From Candidatus Lokiarchaeum ossiferum (GTDB lineage Archaea; Asgardarchaeota; Lokiarchaeia; Sigyniarchaeales; Promethearchaeaceae), in NCBI GenBank assembly GCA_025839675.1, contig CP104013.1:1500001-1532000 (forward strand): 32,000 nt of DNA. The letters are read 5' to 3'. Below are positions 8,225-18,600 of this stretch, piece by piece. Under the pieces are notes generated by a model. The model was given only the letters and a program-made list of their open reading frames with translations, searched no databases and was not told the origin of the DNA. A program made the translations under genes and the position numbers. Each line of letters starts with the position of its first letter. Position 1 is the stretch's first letter.

Positions 8225-8406
8225 AATGTGAATTAATAGTATTCTTGTAATTTAAACGATTTTATCTTTGCAACAGCGGGAAATGATACAAAATTGTTGC
8301 TATAAATTTCAATTTAATCTAGTCATATTTTTTATGAACAAATTTCACTTGGTCTCCATGAAATTTAAAATGAAAGTAGGAGATTTATCCCCGTAGGGTT
8401 AAAAAA

Positions 8407-11400
8407 ATGCGAAAAATTGATTTTTATTGGAAAAAATCGTGGTCTGACCAAAAAAAAAATTTAGCAATTATCATCTGTGTTAGTTTTGCCTTAGCGATGA
8501 TATCGGGCTTTTCATTTTTCTATGAATCGGTTCAAAACTATAATTTCGAAAAATCTTTTACTCAGTCAAGCGATTTTTCAATTTATCATGCACCTCAACA
8601 AAATGCTGACGGGCAGTTTATTTCCCCATTGAATTTTGCTGAATATTCAAACATTACAAAACCAGGGGTAGAAAAAGCATTTTCCTCTACAGATCTGGAT
8701 GTCACAGGATATTATAATTTTGCATCCATAACTCATGGTGAAGCTTTTTTTTCAGTAAAAAATATCAGTCGATTTACCTCAAAAGGATATAACTCTGGAT
8801 TTAATTTCTTAAGTGATACAAATGCTACCGGATTCCAATACATTTTAGCAGAAGATGATTTCTACAAATCTGAACGATTTAACGATTATTTCATCATAAT
8901 CGAAGGAGAAAGTCCAAATTCTGACAATGAAATATTAGTTGATTACCAATTTGCAAGAAAATTCGACTTACGAGTAAATGAAATCTCCAATATCACAACG
9001 ATGATAGGGGCTATATGGCCGGGCACACCTTTAAATATCAATTATCAAGAATTTATTATGGAAAATATAACAATTTCGGGCATTTATTTGCCAAAAGATA
9101 ATTTAATTGGATTTAACAACTTGAATTTCAGATATTCCTATACCTATCAAAATTATGTAGATGAGGTAGTTCCATCAGATGACTTCACTTTTGAATCACC
9201 TGGAACATTTTCCTACTACAATTTCTCAGGAACTGATCTAAATCATCCTGTCCAACAACATTTTTCACAGATTGCAGCCGATACCGATGCTTCGAGATAT
9301 TTAAGATCAACAAATATTGTATCTGGCTATTCCTTATTTTTTAATAGAGCGGCAATCAAATTTGAAACGATAAGCCACCAAAAAACCATAATTTCGCAAC
9401 ATGCCTTTGATTTTTCTTTAAATTTACCTTTAGCAGTTGTGTTTAATGATAATCTAGGATTATTTTTACAAGAACAAGCAAATTCATCAAGGTTAGAAAA
9501 ATACTTATTTCAAATTTTTAATCTACCCTTTATAATTTTTGCCGGAATGATTAGTAAAAAACAATTAAACAGATATTATGATAACCAAAAAGAAGAAATT
9601 TTGATTTTACAAGGAAGAGGAATTTCAAAGTCCATTTTGAATACACAGATTAAATATAGTGCATTTCTAAGGAGTTTTATTACCAGTATAATTGGCACAT
9701 CCTTTGGATGTGTTTTCTTTTTTGGATATAAAAAAATCTTGGGAAATGTCCTAATTATTGGACAAAACGCACAAATATTACCCTTTATTACAGTATCCGA
9801 TCTATTCCTCACATTTTTGGTTAGTCTTGCAATAAATTTCGCAGCGACTATTTCAATAATTCAAAAAATAAAAAAACAAGATTTATCTAAAATTGCTGCA
9901 TCCATGAAAATTGAAGATTTATCATCTGATTTTGATGAAAATAAATTGTTTGGAAAAGAGAAAGAAGGAGAAAAACTAAAAAAATTTGCTCAAAACTTAG
10001 AACACGATAAGAACCAGAAGAAATACCATAAAAAAACACAAAAACGAAAGAAAAAACAAAAGAAAAATGAAATTTTTGAAGAAAATGCAGGAGATTTCTT
10101 TAACAATCGAATCAAACCCACATCAATTCTTCAGATCTGCGTGGGTTTGCTACCTTTGATATTGCTATTTATTATATTTTTAGGAAACAATATCAGCCTT
10201 CCAGACAGTTTAATTGATTTAACTTACAATCTTGAGCAATTAATTCCAGGCATAATATTACTTTGTTTCATCTGTTTAGGACAACTCGTTTCTGGAATAG
10301 GAAAAATATTCTTTTTAGAAAGACCAAAAATATTCAGTAAACTCGCTAAAAGAATTTCGAGGGTGTTTTTACAAGATTTGGATATGTTCATATCAACAAA
10401 TTTAGTAAAAAAGAAACAATGGGGAGAAATTGCGAGTTATCTTAGTATTTTTATTGCATTATTAGTTGCAAGCAATATTAACTATTCTTCTACTCAAACC
10501 TACGAATTTTCAATGAACAATTATTTGGTTGGAGCGGATTTGAGATTGGAAATCACAACTCACAATTTTACTTCAATGGAGAATATTCAAGAATTTGAAG
10601 AAAATCTAACGAATTTTCGCGTGAGTAATCGAAAATTGGTTAATGAGGTCGTTTCCTGTTTCACTTCAAGTTCACAAATCCAAACGACAGTGGGAGGAGT
10701 AAATGTATCTGTCAGTTTGCCTATCTATACACTAGATCTTCAAAAATATGAGAAAATTATTACGGAAATGGGTAAACCTGTTCCATATAGCGACTATAAT
10801 AACAAAATATCAGAAATTCAAAATTTTAATACTGAAAATGAAGTTATTGGAGCAATAGTTTCCCCTACAACATTGAGCCGTTTCAATAAAAATATTGGAG
10901 ATCAATTGGAAATCAAAATCCCTATTTATAATAGTTCCACAGATTCTTATTACTATCAGGAATTACAAATAGAATTTATCGAAGTTCTCGATCTGATGCC
11001 CGGTCTATTTTATGATGCAAATGATTTTCACACTAATGAACTGGGAGTCATATTGGACTTGAAATCGATTCCCGTTTCTGATAATGATATAATTGGGAAT
11101 AGCATAATTCAATTGATGGATCTAAAAATCTCTTCAAATAATGACTGGGAATTGATCGAATCAAATCTTATAACAGTTTATGAAAATCAAGCTACTTTTT
11201 TGAATATCTGGACATATAACCAAGATTGGGACGATTTCCAAATAGAAATACATTATTTCGATTTTGGTTCGAGGGGATTTTACAAACTTACGTTTTTGAT
11301 AATTGTTTTGTTAGGAGTATTTATCGGAATTCATTCTGCATTTACAATCCAAAGTGTTTTAGAAGAAGAAAAAACGGAAATCCAGAATTTGTTCAGAGCA

Positions 11401-11910
11401 GGATTTGAAGATAAAAATCTACTAAAGATCGTGATAATTGAAACTTCAATAATGATATTTTTAGCAATACTGGTCGGAGGATTGGTGGGTACGATCTATG
11501 GAACGATACAACATAAACTAACTTTCAATTATGTATTGACAGATCCAGAATTTTTCTATAGTAGCACTGTACACTTTCCAACGAGCATAAATTTATCTTT
11601 ATTAATTGGAGGAATTCTTCCAGTGGTTTGTGCCATTTTCTTGCTTCAACTACTTCTTCTATCAAATAAATGGATTGGAATGAAACGAAAGAATGGGTTG
11701 CAAAACAAAATGAGTGAATTAGCATTAATTAATTGCTTAGCTATAGGTTTAGCCTTACAATTGTTTTTAAAACTTTCAAATGGAATTGCCTTTGGCATGA
11801 TAATCGGAATTATATGGTTTTCAAGTCAGGCGCAAATTCTAAACAAAAAAAATAAAAAAAATCAAAATCAACTTCCAACAAATGTTGTGAAAATAAAGAG
11901 CAAGGCATAA
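8407..11910 (+). CDS. Giant tandem-FtsX/MacB-type (type VII ABC) permease, paralog 1; two (TM - large extracytoplasmic domain - 3 TM FtsX) modules joined by a polybasic linker
   Basis: 1167 aa. It has an N-terminal TM (LAIIICVSFALAMISGFSFF). The MacB periplasmic-domain-like start reads YFIIIEGESPNSDNEILVDYQFARKFDLRVNEISNIT. The FtsX-type segments are ILILQGRGISKSILNTQIKYSAFLRSFITSIIG... and LFRAGFEDKNLLKIVIIETSIMIFLAILVGGLVG. The central linker is ...KKYHKKTQKRKKKQKKNE. Two extra C-terminal TM segments and a K/N-rich tail are absent from paralog 2. Confidence 0.85.
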   Translation: MRKIDFYWKKSWSDQKKNLAIIICVSFALAMISGFSFFYESVQNYNFEKSFTQSSDFSIYHAPQQNADGQFISPLNFAEYSNITKPGVEKAFSSTDLDVTGYYNFASITHGEAFFSVKNISRFTSKGYNSGFNFLSDTNATGFQYILAEDDFYKSERFNDYFIIIEGESPNSDNEILVDYQFARKFDLRVNEISNITTMIGAIWPGTPLNINYQEFIMENITISGIYLPKDNLIGFNNLNFRYSYTYQNYVDEVVPSDDFTFESPGTFSYYNFSGTDLNHPVQQHFSQIAADTDASRYLRSTNIVSGYSLFFNRAAIKFETISHQKTIISQHAFDFSLNLPLAVVFNDNLGLFLQEQANSSRLEKYLFQIFNLPFIIFAGMISKKQLNRYYDNQKEEILILQGRGISKSILNTQIKYSAFLRSFITSIIGTSFGCVFFFGYKKILGNVLIIGQNAQILPFITVSDLFLTFLVSLAINFAATISIIQKIKKQDLSKIAASMKIEDLSSDFDENKLFGKEKEGEKLKKFAQNLEHDKNQKKYHKKTQKRKKKQKKNEIFEENAGDFFNNRIKPTSILQICVGLLPLILLFIIFLGNNISLPDSLIDLTYNLEQLIPGIILLCFICLGQLVSGIGKIFFLERPKIFSKLAKRISRVFLQDLDMFISTNLVKKKQWGEIASYLSIFIALLVASNINYSSTQTYEFSMNNYLVGADLRLEITTHNFTSMENIQEFEENLTNFRVSNRKLVNEVVSCFTSSSQIQTTVGGVNVSVSLPIYTLDLQKYEKIITEMGKPVPYSDYNNKISEIQNFNTENEVIGAIVSPTTLSRFNKNIGDQLEIKIPIYNSSTDSYYYQELQIEFIEVLDLMPGLFYDANDFHTNELGVILDLKSIPVSDNDIIGNSIIQLMDLKISSNNDWELIESNLITVYENQATFLNIWTYNQDWDDFQIEIHYFDFGSRGFYKLTFLIIVLLGVFIGIHSAFTIQSVLEEEKTEIQNLFRAGFEDKNLLKIVIIETSIMIFLAILVGGLVGTIYGTIQHKLTFNYVLTDPEFFYSSTVHFPTSINLSLLIGGILPVVCAIFLLQLLLLSNKWIGMKRKNGLQNKMSELALINCLAIGLALQLFLKLSNGIAFGMIIGIIWFSSQAQILNKKNKKNQNQLPTNVVKIKSKA

Positions 11911-11926
11911 TTTTTTAAATTTTTTT
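11911..11926 (+). terminator. Oligo-T tracts (T6, T7) immediately after the permease-1 stop; candidate archaeal-type terminator
   Basis: The sequence is TAA(11908-11910)-TTTTTTaaaTTTTTTT. Oligo-T termination is established for archaeal RNA polymerase. T runs are common in this AT-rich DNA, so support is weak. Confidence 0.3.
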
Positions 11927-12108
11927 ATCTAATTTCTTTGTAAAAATTTAAAGTTGTTTTTCTAAAAAGGGAATTAGTTTCATTATTTTCATATTTTGAA
12001 TATGAATTCTAAACAATAATTAAGTGAAAAAAAATTCCAAAGATTTAATAATTCTCTCGAGAAAAATAAATTAAGTATTAATGTTAAAATTTCATTTTTT
12101 TGAAATAG

Positions 12109-15100
12109 ATGAATATTTTAATTTATAAATTAAATCAGGTGAAAATTACAATTCCAAAATATTTTGGTTTTTACTTCAAACACAGTTTATCAAAATTAAA
12201 AAATGAATGGCTCGTTATCATTTGCATTAGCCTCTCTTTATCAATGGTCACGGGATTAAGTTATTTCTTTAAAGCCGCTCAAAAGCATCAATTTGAGAAT
12301 TCATTTTTTACAATGACAGATTTTGAGGTTACTTATTATCCAAAATTTGACAATGGCGGATTAATTCCAAAAATGGATTACTATCAATATTTTCATGACT
12401 CAGAAACCAAAATAAAAAATTCAATTAACAATAGTCCATTAGATTTAAATGGCACATATAAATTCGGACTTTTTGGATGGGGAGCAGGATATGTCGTTCC
12501 ACAATATTGGGATTATCTAAAATTGGAAGACACTTCTGGTATTTTGGATTATGTTAATAAAATAAATGGTTCCAATGTTCAATTTGCATTATTTGAGCAG
12601 GATTTTTATCACTCCCAGCGATTTAATGATTATTTTAAAATTATTGCAGGAACTACCCCTGAAGCTGAAAACGAAGTATTAATGGATTACAATTACGCGA
12701 AGAAATTCAATTTGAACGTGGGAGATATTACAAATATAACAGTCTTAGTTGGAAGAACTCATGATTTGAATCCACCGGTAGGACACTTAATACCTTTTCA
12801 ATCGCCTCCAGTAAAACTGGTAGGAACTTACTTACCGATTAAAGAAGATTACCGAATTAGCCTCCAACGTCTCAAATATAGTTACACTTATTTTGATTAT
12901 CTCGCAAATCGAAGTTTTCCGGAATTTATTGATGAAGTGGACACTCCTGCGATTTTTTCGGCTAAAAATTTTTCAATACCCGGATTTTCACATCCATTCC
13001 AATTATTATATCAAAATATTAATGCGACTGATTTCTACAGAAATTACCTCGTGAATGATAACTTACGATGCGGATACATAATAGCTTATAATAGAGATCA
13101 TATTCAGTTCAATACATTAAATAAGGATAAAACAATAATTGCCCAACAAGCGTGGAACACATCACTTAGTATGCCTTTTGAAGTAAATTTTGTTGATTAT
13201 TTAGCTTTACAATTGAACAGAGTCTATTTAGATTTGATGGAAAGCCATCTCATTATCCAAGTTTTGAATATTCCAATAATCCTTTTTTCAATTCTTATCA
13301 CCCAAAACTTTGTGGCGTCGAATAAAAAGCAAATTAATGAAGAACTATTACTTCTCCGACTTCGGAGTGTTCCATTAAAGACAATAAAATGGCAAATAGT
13401 GATCAGTGCGTTTATTAAGGGACTAATATGTATGATATTAGGTTTACTTGGGGGATTTATTACGTTTTTTGCTTATGAAAATTTCATTGGAATGATTTTT
13501 TTTGATACTGAGAAAGTATTGCTAACCCCTTATTTTGAATGGAATAATGTACTTTCGTCTTTCATTCTTGGAACAATAATGAATGGAATTGCAATTATTC
13601 CGAAATTAATTCAGGCACGAAAACCGAAATATGCTGACATTGCTGCATCTCTATCTCAAGATGATTTAGCTGCTAAGTATGATGAGAGATTATTTTTGGG
13701 AAAAAAAGAAAGAGAATTAACAGAAAAAAATGAATATGACAGTGATAGTAAAAAATTTTTTAAGCGCTATAACATAAAGAAAAAAACTACCAAGAAGAAG
13801 GTCGTTTATTCCGATTTTTATGAAGACGAGAAAAAAAAACGACAATTCTTACCCTATTTACTGATGGGAGTTGGAATAATACCAATAATTTTGAACATAC
13901 TTATAGTTATTAGGTATTCTACAACAGCTTCAGATAGTTTAGTGGATTTAGTTAATATAATGACCTATTCTCTTCAAGCCTTTCAATTTCTTACATTGTT
14001 TGGGATGGCATTTTTTGTTGCTGGATTAGTGAGATTGGTTGTTATTCAAAGACCTTCTCTATTTGCTCGGATATCAAAGCAAATTTCCAAATTATTTGTA
14101 AAGAGGTACGATCACATAGTTGGATTAGAATTAGTGCGACAAAAAAAATGGTCTGGGATTATTACCTATCTGGCAATATTTGCCTCGCTCCTTATAACAA
14201 CAAATATTACATTCAATTCCCAATTTCGTTATGAAACTTTGGAAAGAAACATGTATATTGGCTCCGATTTTCGAGTTGAAATGCAAAATCCATCGTTTGC
14301 ATCATTAGATCAAATTAATTCATTTGAACAACAAATTCTAAATTATTCAGATGCAGACGCAAATCCATATTTTAAGGATTTAACAACATGTTTTGTAGAT
14401 ATTAATTGCACAAGTTATAATTATTTTAACGATCGGATGATAGAAAATTCATTTAACGCTTATATTTTGAATTCAACCGATTATTTAAATATTTTAGAAA
14501 AAAATGAGAAACCTCTTCCCTATCCCGAATTCAAAAATGATATTAAGGAATTGTATTCAGAAAATATGATGTCAAGCAATTCTTCGCTTCCAGCGTTTGT
14601 TTCAAGCCGATTTCTTATTGATTCCAATTCAATTATTGGAGATAAGGTAGAAATTCATCACAAATATTCCAATAACAATACAACAGACTTACAAACTCAA
14701 ATACTACATATCGAGATTATTGGGGTTTTAGATTTTGTGCCAGGATTGTACAATAACTCGGATTTTATTGAGAGTTCAATATTATTGGACATAGGAAATC
14801 TGAATCAATCGGAAAATTTAGTTCATGGGAAAAAAATAATTCAAATACTGTCATTTAATAGCAATTTTGATGTTGGATCAGAGACAGAATATGATAATCT
14901 CCGCATGAAGTATTCCGCTTTTTGTTCGAATATAAGATACGATATATCAGACCCCGATTGGGATGACACATCAAAAGCTATTTTATCTATTCAATACGGT
15001 ACAAGTGGATTTTTTGGATTGGAATATTTAAATTTCACACTTATTGGATTTTTGTTAGTCATAGAATTATCTCTAACAATTATCTTAATAAATCGAGAAA

Positions 15101-15447
15101 ACTCACATTTCAATGGTCTTCTGCTTGCGAGGGGAATAGGCAGAAAAAAAATTTTTCAAATGGAATTAACAGAAACATTTATTGTATTTTTAATTGCATT
15201 TTTAATTGGTTCCATTATCGGAATAGGTTTTAGTTGGATTTTAATCAAGGTTGGACAAATAATTATTCAAAATATAATGGGCAGCACATTTTCCTCTAGT
15301 ACAAATCTTCCTATATTTTGTGATATTGGAAATCTTCTTTCTATTTTCAGTTTACTCATTGTATCATCAATTGCAATCCTTGTTATAAATTATCTCGTGT
15401 CTAAAACAGAAACAATTGAGCAAACAATGGAGAAAGAAATGATCTAA
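12109..15447 (+). CDS. Giant tandem-FtsX/MacB-type permease, paralog 2
   Basis: 1112 aa and alignable with the upstream gene over its whole length. Examples, paralog 2 versus paralog 1: LVIICISLSLSMVTGLSYFFKAAQKHQFENSF versus LAIIICVSFALAMISGFSFFYESVQNYNFEKSF; YFKIIAGTTPEAENEVLMDYNYAKKFNLNVGDITNIT versus YFIIIEGESPNSDNEILVDYQFARKFDLRVNEISNIT; LLARGIGRKKIFQMELTETFIVFLIAFLIGSIIG (FtsX-type). A polybasic linker is also present. Confidence 0.85.
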   Translation: MNILIYKLNQVKITIPKYFGFYFKHSLSKLKNEWLVIICISLSLSMVTGLSYFFKAAQKHQFENSFFTMTDFEVTYYPKFDNGGLIPKMDYYQYFHDSETKIKNSINNSPLDLNGTYKFGLFGWGAGYVVPQYWDYLKLEDTSGILDYVNKINGSNVQFALFEQDFYHSQRFNDYFKIIAGTTPEAENEVLMDYNYAKKFNLNVGDITNITVLVGRTHDLNPPVGHLIPFQSPPVKLVGTYLPIKEDYRISLQRLKYSYTYFDYLANRSFPEFIDEVDTPAIFSAKNFSIPGFSHPFQLLYQNINATDFYRNYLVNDNLRCGYIIAYNRDHIQFNTLNKDKTIIAQQAWNTSLSMPFEVNFVDYLALQLNRVYLDLMESHLIIQVLNIPIILFSILITQNFVASNKKQINEELLLLRLRSVPLKTIKWQIVISAFIKGLICMILGLLGGFITFFAYENFIGMIFFDTEKVLLTPYFEWNNVLSSFILGTIMNGIAIIPKLIQARKPKYADIAASLSQDDLAAKYDERLFLGKKERELTEKNEYDSDSKKFFKRYNIKKKTTKKKVVYSDFYEDEKKKRQFLPYLLMGVGIIPIILNILIVIRYSTTASDSLVDLVNIMTYSLQAFQFLTLFGMAFFVAGLVRLVVIQRPSLFARISKQISKLFVKRYDHIVGLELVRQKKWSGIITYLAIFASLLITTNITFNSQFRYETLERNMYIGSDFRVEMQNPSFASLDQINSFEQQILNYSDADANPYFKDLTTCFVDINCTSYNYFNDRMIENSFNAYILNSTDYLNILEKNEKPLPYPEFKNDIKELYSENMMSSNSSLPAFVSSRFLIDSNSIIGDKVEIHHKYSNNNTTDLQTQILHIEIIGVLDFVPGLYNNSDFIESSILLDIGNLNQSENLVHGKKIIQILSFNSNFDVGSETEYDNLRMKYSAFCSNIRYDISDPDWDDTSKAILSIQYGTSGFFGLEYLNFTLIGFLLVIELSLTIILINRENSHFNGLLLARGIGRKKIFQMELTETFIVFLIAFLIGSIIGIGFSWILIKVGQIIIQNIMGSTFSSSTNLPIFCDIGNLLSIFSLLIVSSIAILVINYLVSKTETIEQTMEKEMI

Positions 15448-15456
15448 TTTTTTTTT
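15448..15456 (+). terminator. T9 tract directly after the permease-2 stop; candidate terminator in the convergent spacer
   Basis: The sequence is TAA(15445-15447)-TTTTTTTTT. The spacer 15448-15671 separates convergent genes. On the other strand, T6 and T7 runs (the + strand A runs at 15640-15645 and 15607-15613) follow the stop of the 1168-aa gene. Confidence 0.35.
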
Positions 15457-15671
15457 AATTATATTTTCATCTCAATATGTATTTTTACCATTCGAATGAG
15501 TATTCAACCCGATAAATCCCATAATGCAACATAGATACCTACCAGGAAAATTTTTCATTCAGAAATGATTTTAGATTAAATTTGGATAGCAAATATGCCC
15601 TAAAGCAAAAAAAGGGTATGAAAAATAAAAGAATTAGAGAAAAAAGCAAGGTTTCCGCATCAAAATTTTCC

Positions 15672-18600
15672 TTAAATTGTCTTACCACAAAAGAAACAGA
15701 ATTTTTCTTCATTCGTTGGTTGTTTTGCCCCACAACTTTCACATCGATCGATATTTGTTCTTTTAACTGGTCGGTTGATTTGTTGTGAATAACGTTGAAG
15801 TTGTTGGCGAACCAATGAAGAACGAGCTTGATTATTCAAATTTTGTTTAACAACGGGCGGTTTATGGATACGAGCTCTTTTCCTTTTAATAATTTTTCGT
15901 TTATATTCCCGTTTTTCTTTCATTGTTTTAAATTCAGGTAAAATTTCTGCTTCATCTTCTTCAACTGCAGGAACCATGAAAGTAATAGATGTAGCCGTAT
16001 TAAGAGAATCGCCAGTAATTTCTTCGGAAATATCATCTGCTTTTACAAACGTCGTTTTAACTTCAGTTAATTTCTGTTTTTCTTTCTTTTTCTTTTGATT
16101 CTTATCTTTTTCAGTGGGATCAAATTGAAGATGACAGAGCTTAATTAAATCATCTATTTCTTCAACAGTATCTCCGATTTCCAGATAAATAGCTTTTTCT
16201 TTGCACTCTAATAACTCATCATAAATGGATTCTGCTTGTTTTTCTTCAATTATTTCAACGATTTTTGAGATTGAGCTTTTTAATGTTGAAATTTCTGTAT
16301 CAATTTGATTTTGGATTTGTGAACCGGTGGCAGCAATATAATCTCTCATTGGATTAATTATGATCCCTTTGTATTGAGAAATTGCAGTTTGCAACCCATC
16401 CATCATATTTCTCGCTTCAATTACTTTATCTATTTCAATAAACCCTTTCGCTTCTTCTACACTTTCTAACAATTGTTGATGATTTGTGGTTAATTCAATA
16501 TATTTATTAATTTCAGGAATTATTGATTTTACAACAAGTCCTTTGGCTGTTTCAAGCAATTGTTCTAACGAATTACGAGCATCATTAAAATGAAGAACGT
16601 TGATCTCTTTTTTAATAATTGTTTCAAGAGAGTCATTCATTCGACCTTCGCGTTCGCTATTCCCTTGTTTGACTTTCTTATCAAGAGTTTTCAGTACAAT
16701 TTGAACTTGTTCAAATAATTGTTTATCATCTGCGGAAACATTCATAATTTCTTGAATAGATTTTAATGTTTGAGGAAATTCCGTGATTGAATCATAATTA
16801 CGCTCCAATTTTTTACACTTGCTTACAACGGATAGATTGTGTTGACATTGGAGGTTCAAGACGTGTAATTCTTGTTTTAAGGTATTTAATCCCAAACGTT
16901 GAGCGCGAATTTCATAGTTACTCAGTAAATCAATAATTTCAGTAAATTCAAGACTTTTTTTCAGTTTGGCTAAAATGGCTTTATAATCGGATTCAAGCTT
17001 CTCAACTCCATCTTGTAATCCAATTTCAATCTGTCCATGTAAATTGGCAACATTTTCTCGTAAAGATGAACTATAAATCTTTGGATTAGTTTTCAAACCA
17101 CTATCAATTTTATCGAGTAATTTTTTACATTGTTTAAAGGCGTCTTTTATATCCCCTTCACTAAAGATAAGCTGAACTTTATGTATTTCGTCCAAACCTT
17201 CAGAGTTCAGTTTAACTTTTTGAGAAAGGCGTTCAATCCGATCCTGGAATTGCTCTAACCCAGTAAAATTATTTCGAGCAATAATTTCTTGCAAAATAGA
17301 TGTAGATTGATCAATATCGATCGATTCATCTAAGAGTGCATTTATTTGATCTACTTTTTCTTGAAACTTCGATTCTTCTTGAACGATTTTTTGTTCTAAA
17401 TCCTTTTCTAACTTCTTGAATTTATCTTCCAAATTGGAATATATTAGAATATCTGATTTTTCAAGCATATTGCTTATTTTTATTTTCCCTTGAAGAATGC
17501 TACCAAATTTTTCATGAGCCAATTGGTCTTCAAACTGGAGGACTTGCTGAAATACATCAAAATTTTGGTTAAACTCTTTCAAAAAATGTTTATGTTGATC
17601 AAGATATGAATGATATTCTTGTTGTGTTGCAATAATATGTTTCTGTTGAAGAAGAGTATTCACCTCTTCAAAATTCAGTTCAGCCATTAGTTTTGTTTTT
17701 ATCGCAACTAATTCTGATCTAAGTATCTCTTCTCCTTCATCCCGACACTTATTAATCTCTAGGCTAAACTTATCCACTCTTTCTTTGATATTATCGAGTA
17801 AGATTTCTGGTTTTACTTTAGATTCGATTTTTTCAATTAATTGGCGCATTGATTTTTGAGAACTTAAATAATCAGCAGTTTGGAATATTGCTTCAATATC
17901 TAGTAACCTATTGTATAATTCCATATTTATATTACATACATTTTGCTCAACACGAATTTGTTCTATTAAAACAGACATTGAATACTGTTCATATTTCTCA
18001 ACCAATAATTTCATAAGAGAATCCGATTCAACAAATCTGAAATCAGCCATCAATTCTTGAACATAAAGGAGCTGTATTTTAGTTTCATTATTTAATTCTT
18101 CAATCAATGACTCGACTTGTTCCTTAATAACTCGAAATTTGTCGATGGAATTGAAAAAAATAAAATCTGGAAATTGTTCAAGGATCTTTTCAGCTTCTTG
18201 AATCTTTTTCCAAGCGGCAGGAAGATCTTTCCATTTTTTTGCAGCCGCACATAATCGTTTAAACTTGAAGTTTTGATTTTGAATATTTAGCAATTCTTTG
18301 GTATTTCCAATCCAAATTGAAATTTTTTTACTAACATTGAGTTCAGGGAGTTTAATTTGTTTTTCTTGAATATATTCTTCAAACTGGGATTTTATAGCAA
18401 CCATCTTCTCAAGAATCTCTGGATGAATAAGAAAATGTTTGTTTGAGAGTGCTTGCTTGATCTTTAATTTATTTAGTTGGTGATCAATTGTGAAAAATTT
18501 TCGTTCAAGATCAGATTCTGAAATATCGTCGGATATTTTTTCTCCAAACCTTCGTAAAGAACGGATAAGAGAAATGTTCTTCTTTATTTTTAATTTTAAT

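Noticed and set aside
8450-8459. A10 homopolymer early in permease-1 (also A9 runs in 4258-5397 and 12109-15447, and T12 at 25784-25795) as phase-variation slip sites
   Set aside because: AAA Lys codons and A/T runs are pervasive in this AT-rich, Lys-rich genome. There is no evidence of frame disruption, so these are most likely compositional.
15539-15788. ORFs 15539-15742 (-) and 15582-15788 (+) in the convergent spacer
   Set aside because: They overlap each other and the 3' end of the 1168-aa gene. Their sequences are low-complexity and K-rich. The region is better explained as a terminator spacer with oligo-T tracts on both strands. I saw no stable GC-rich hairpin or ncRNA-like structure.
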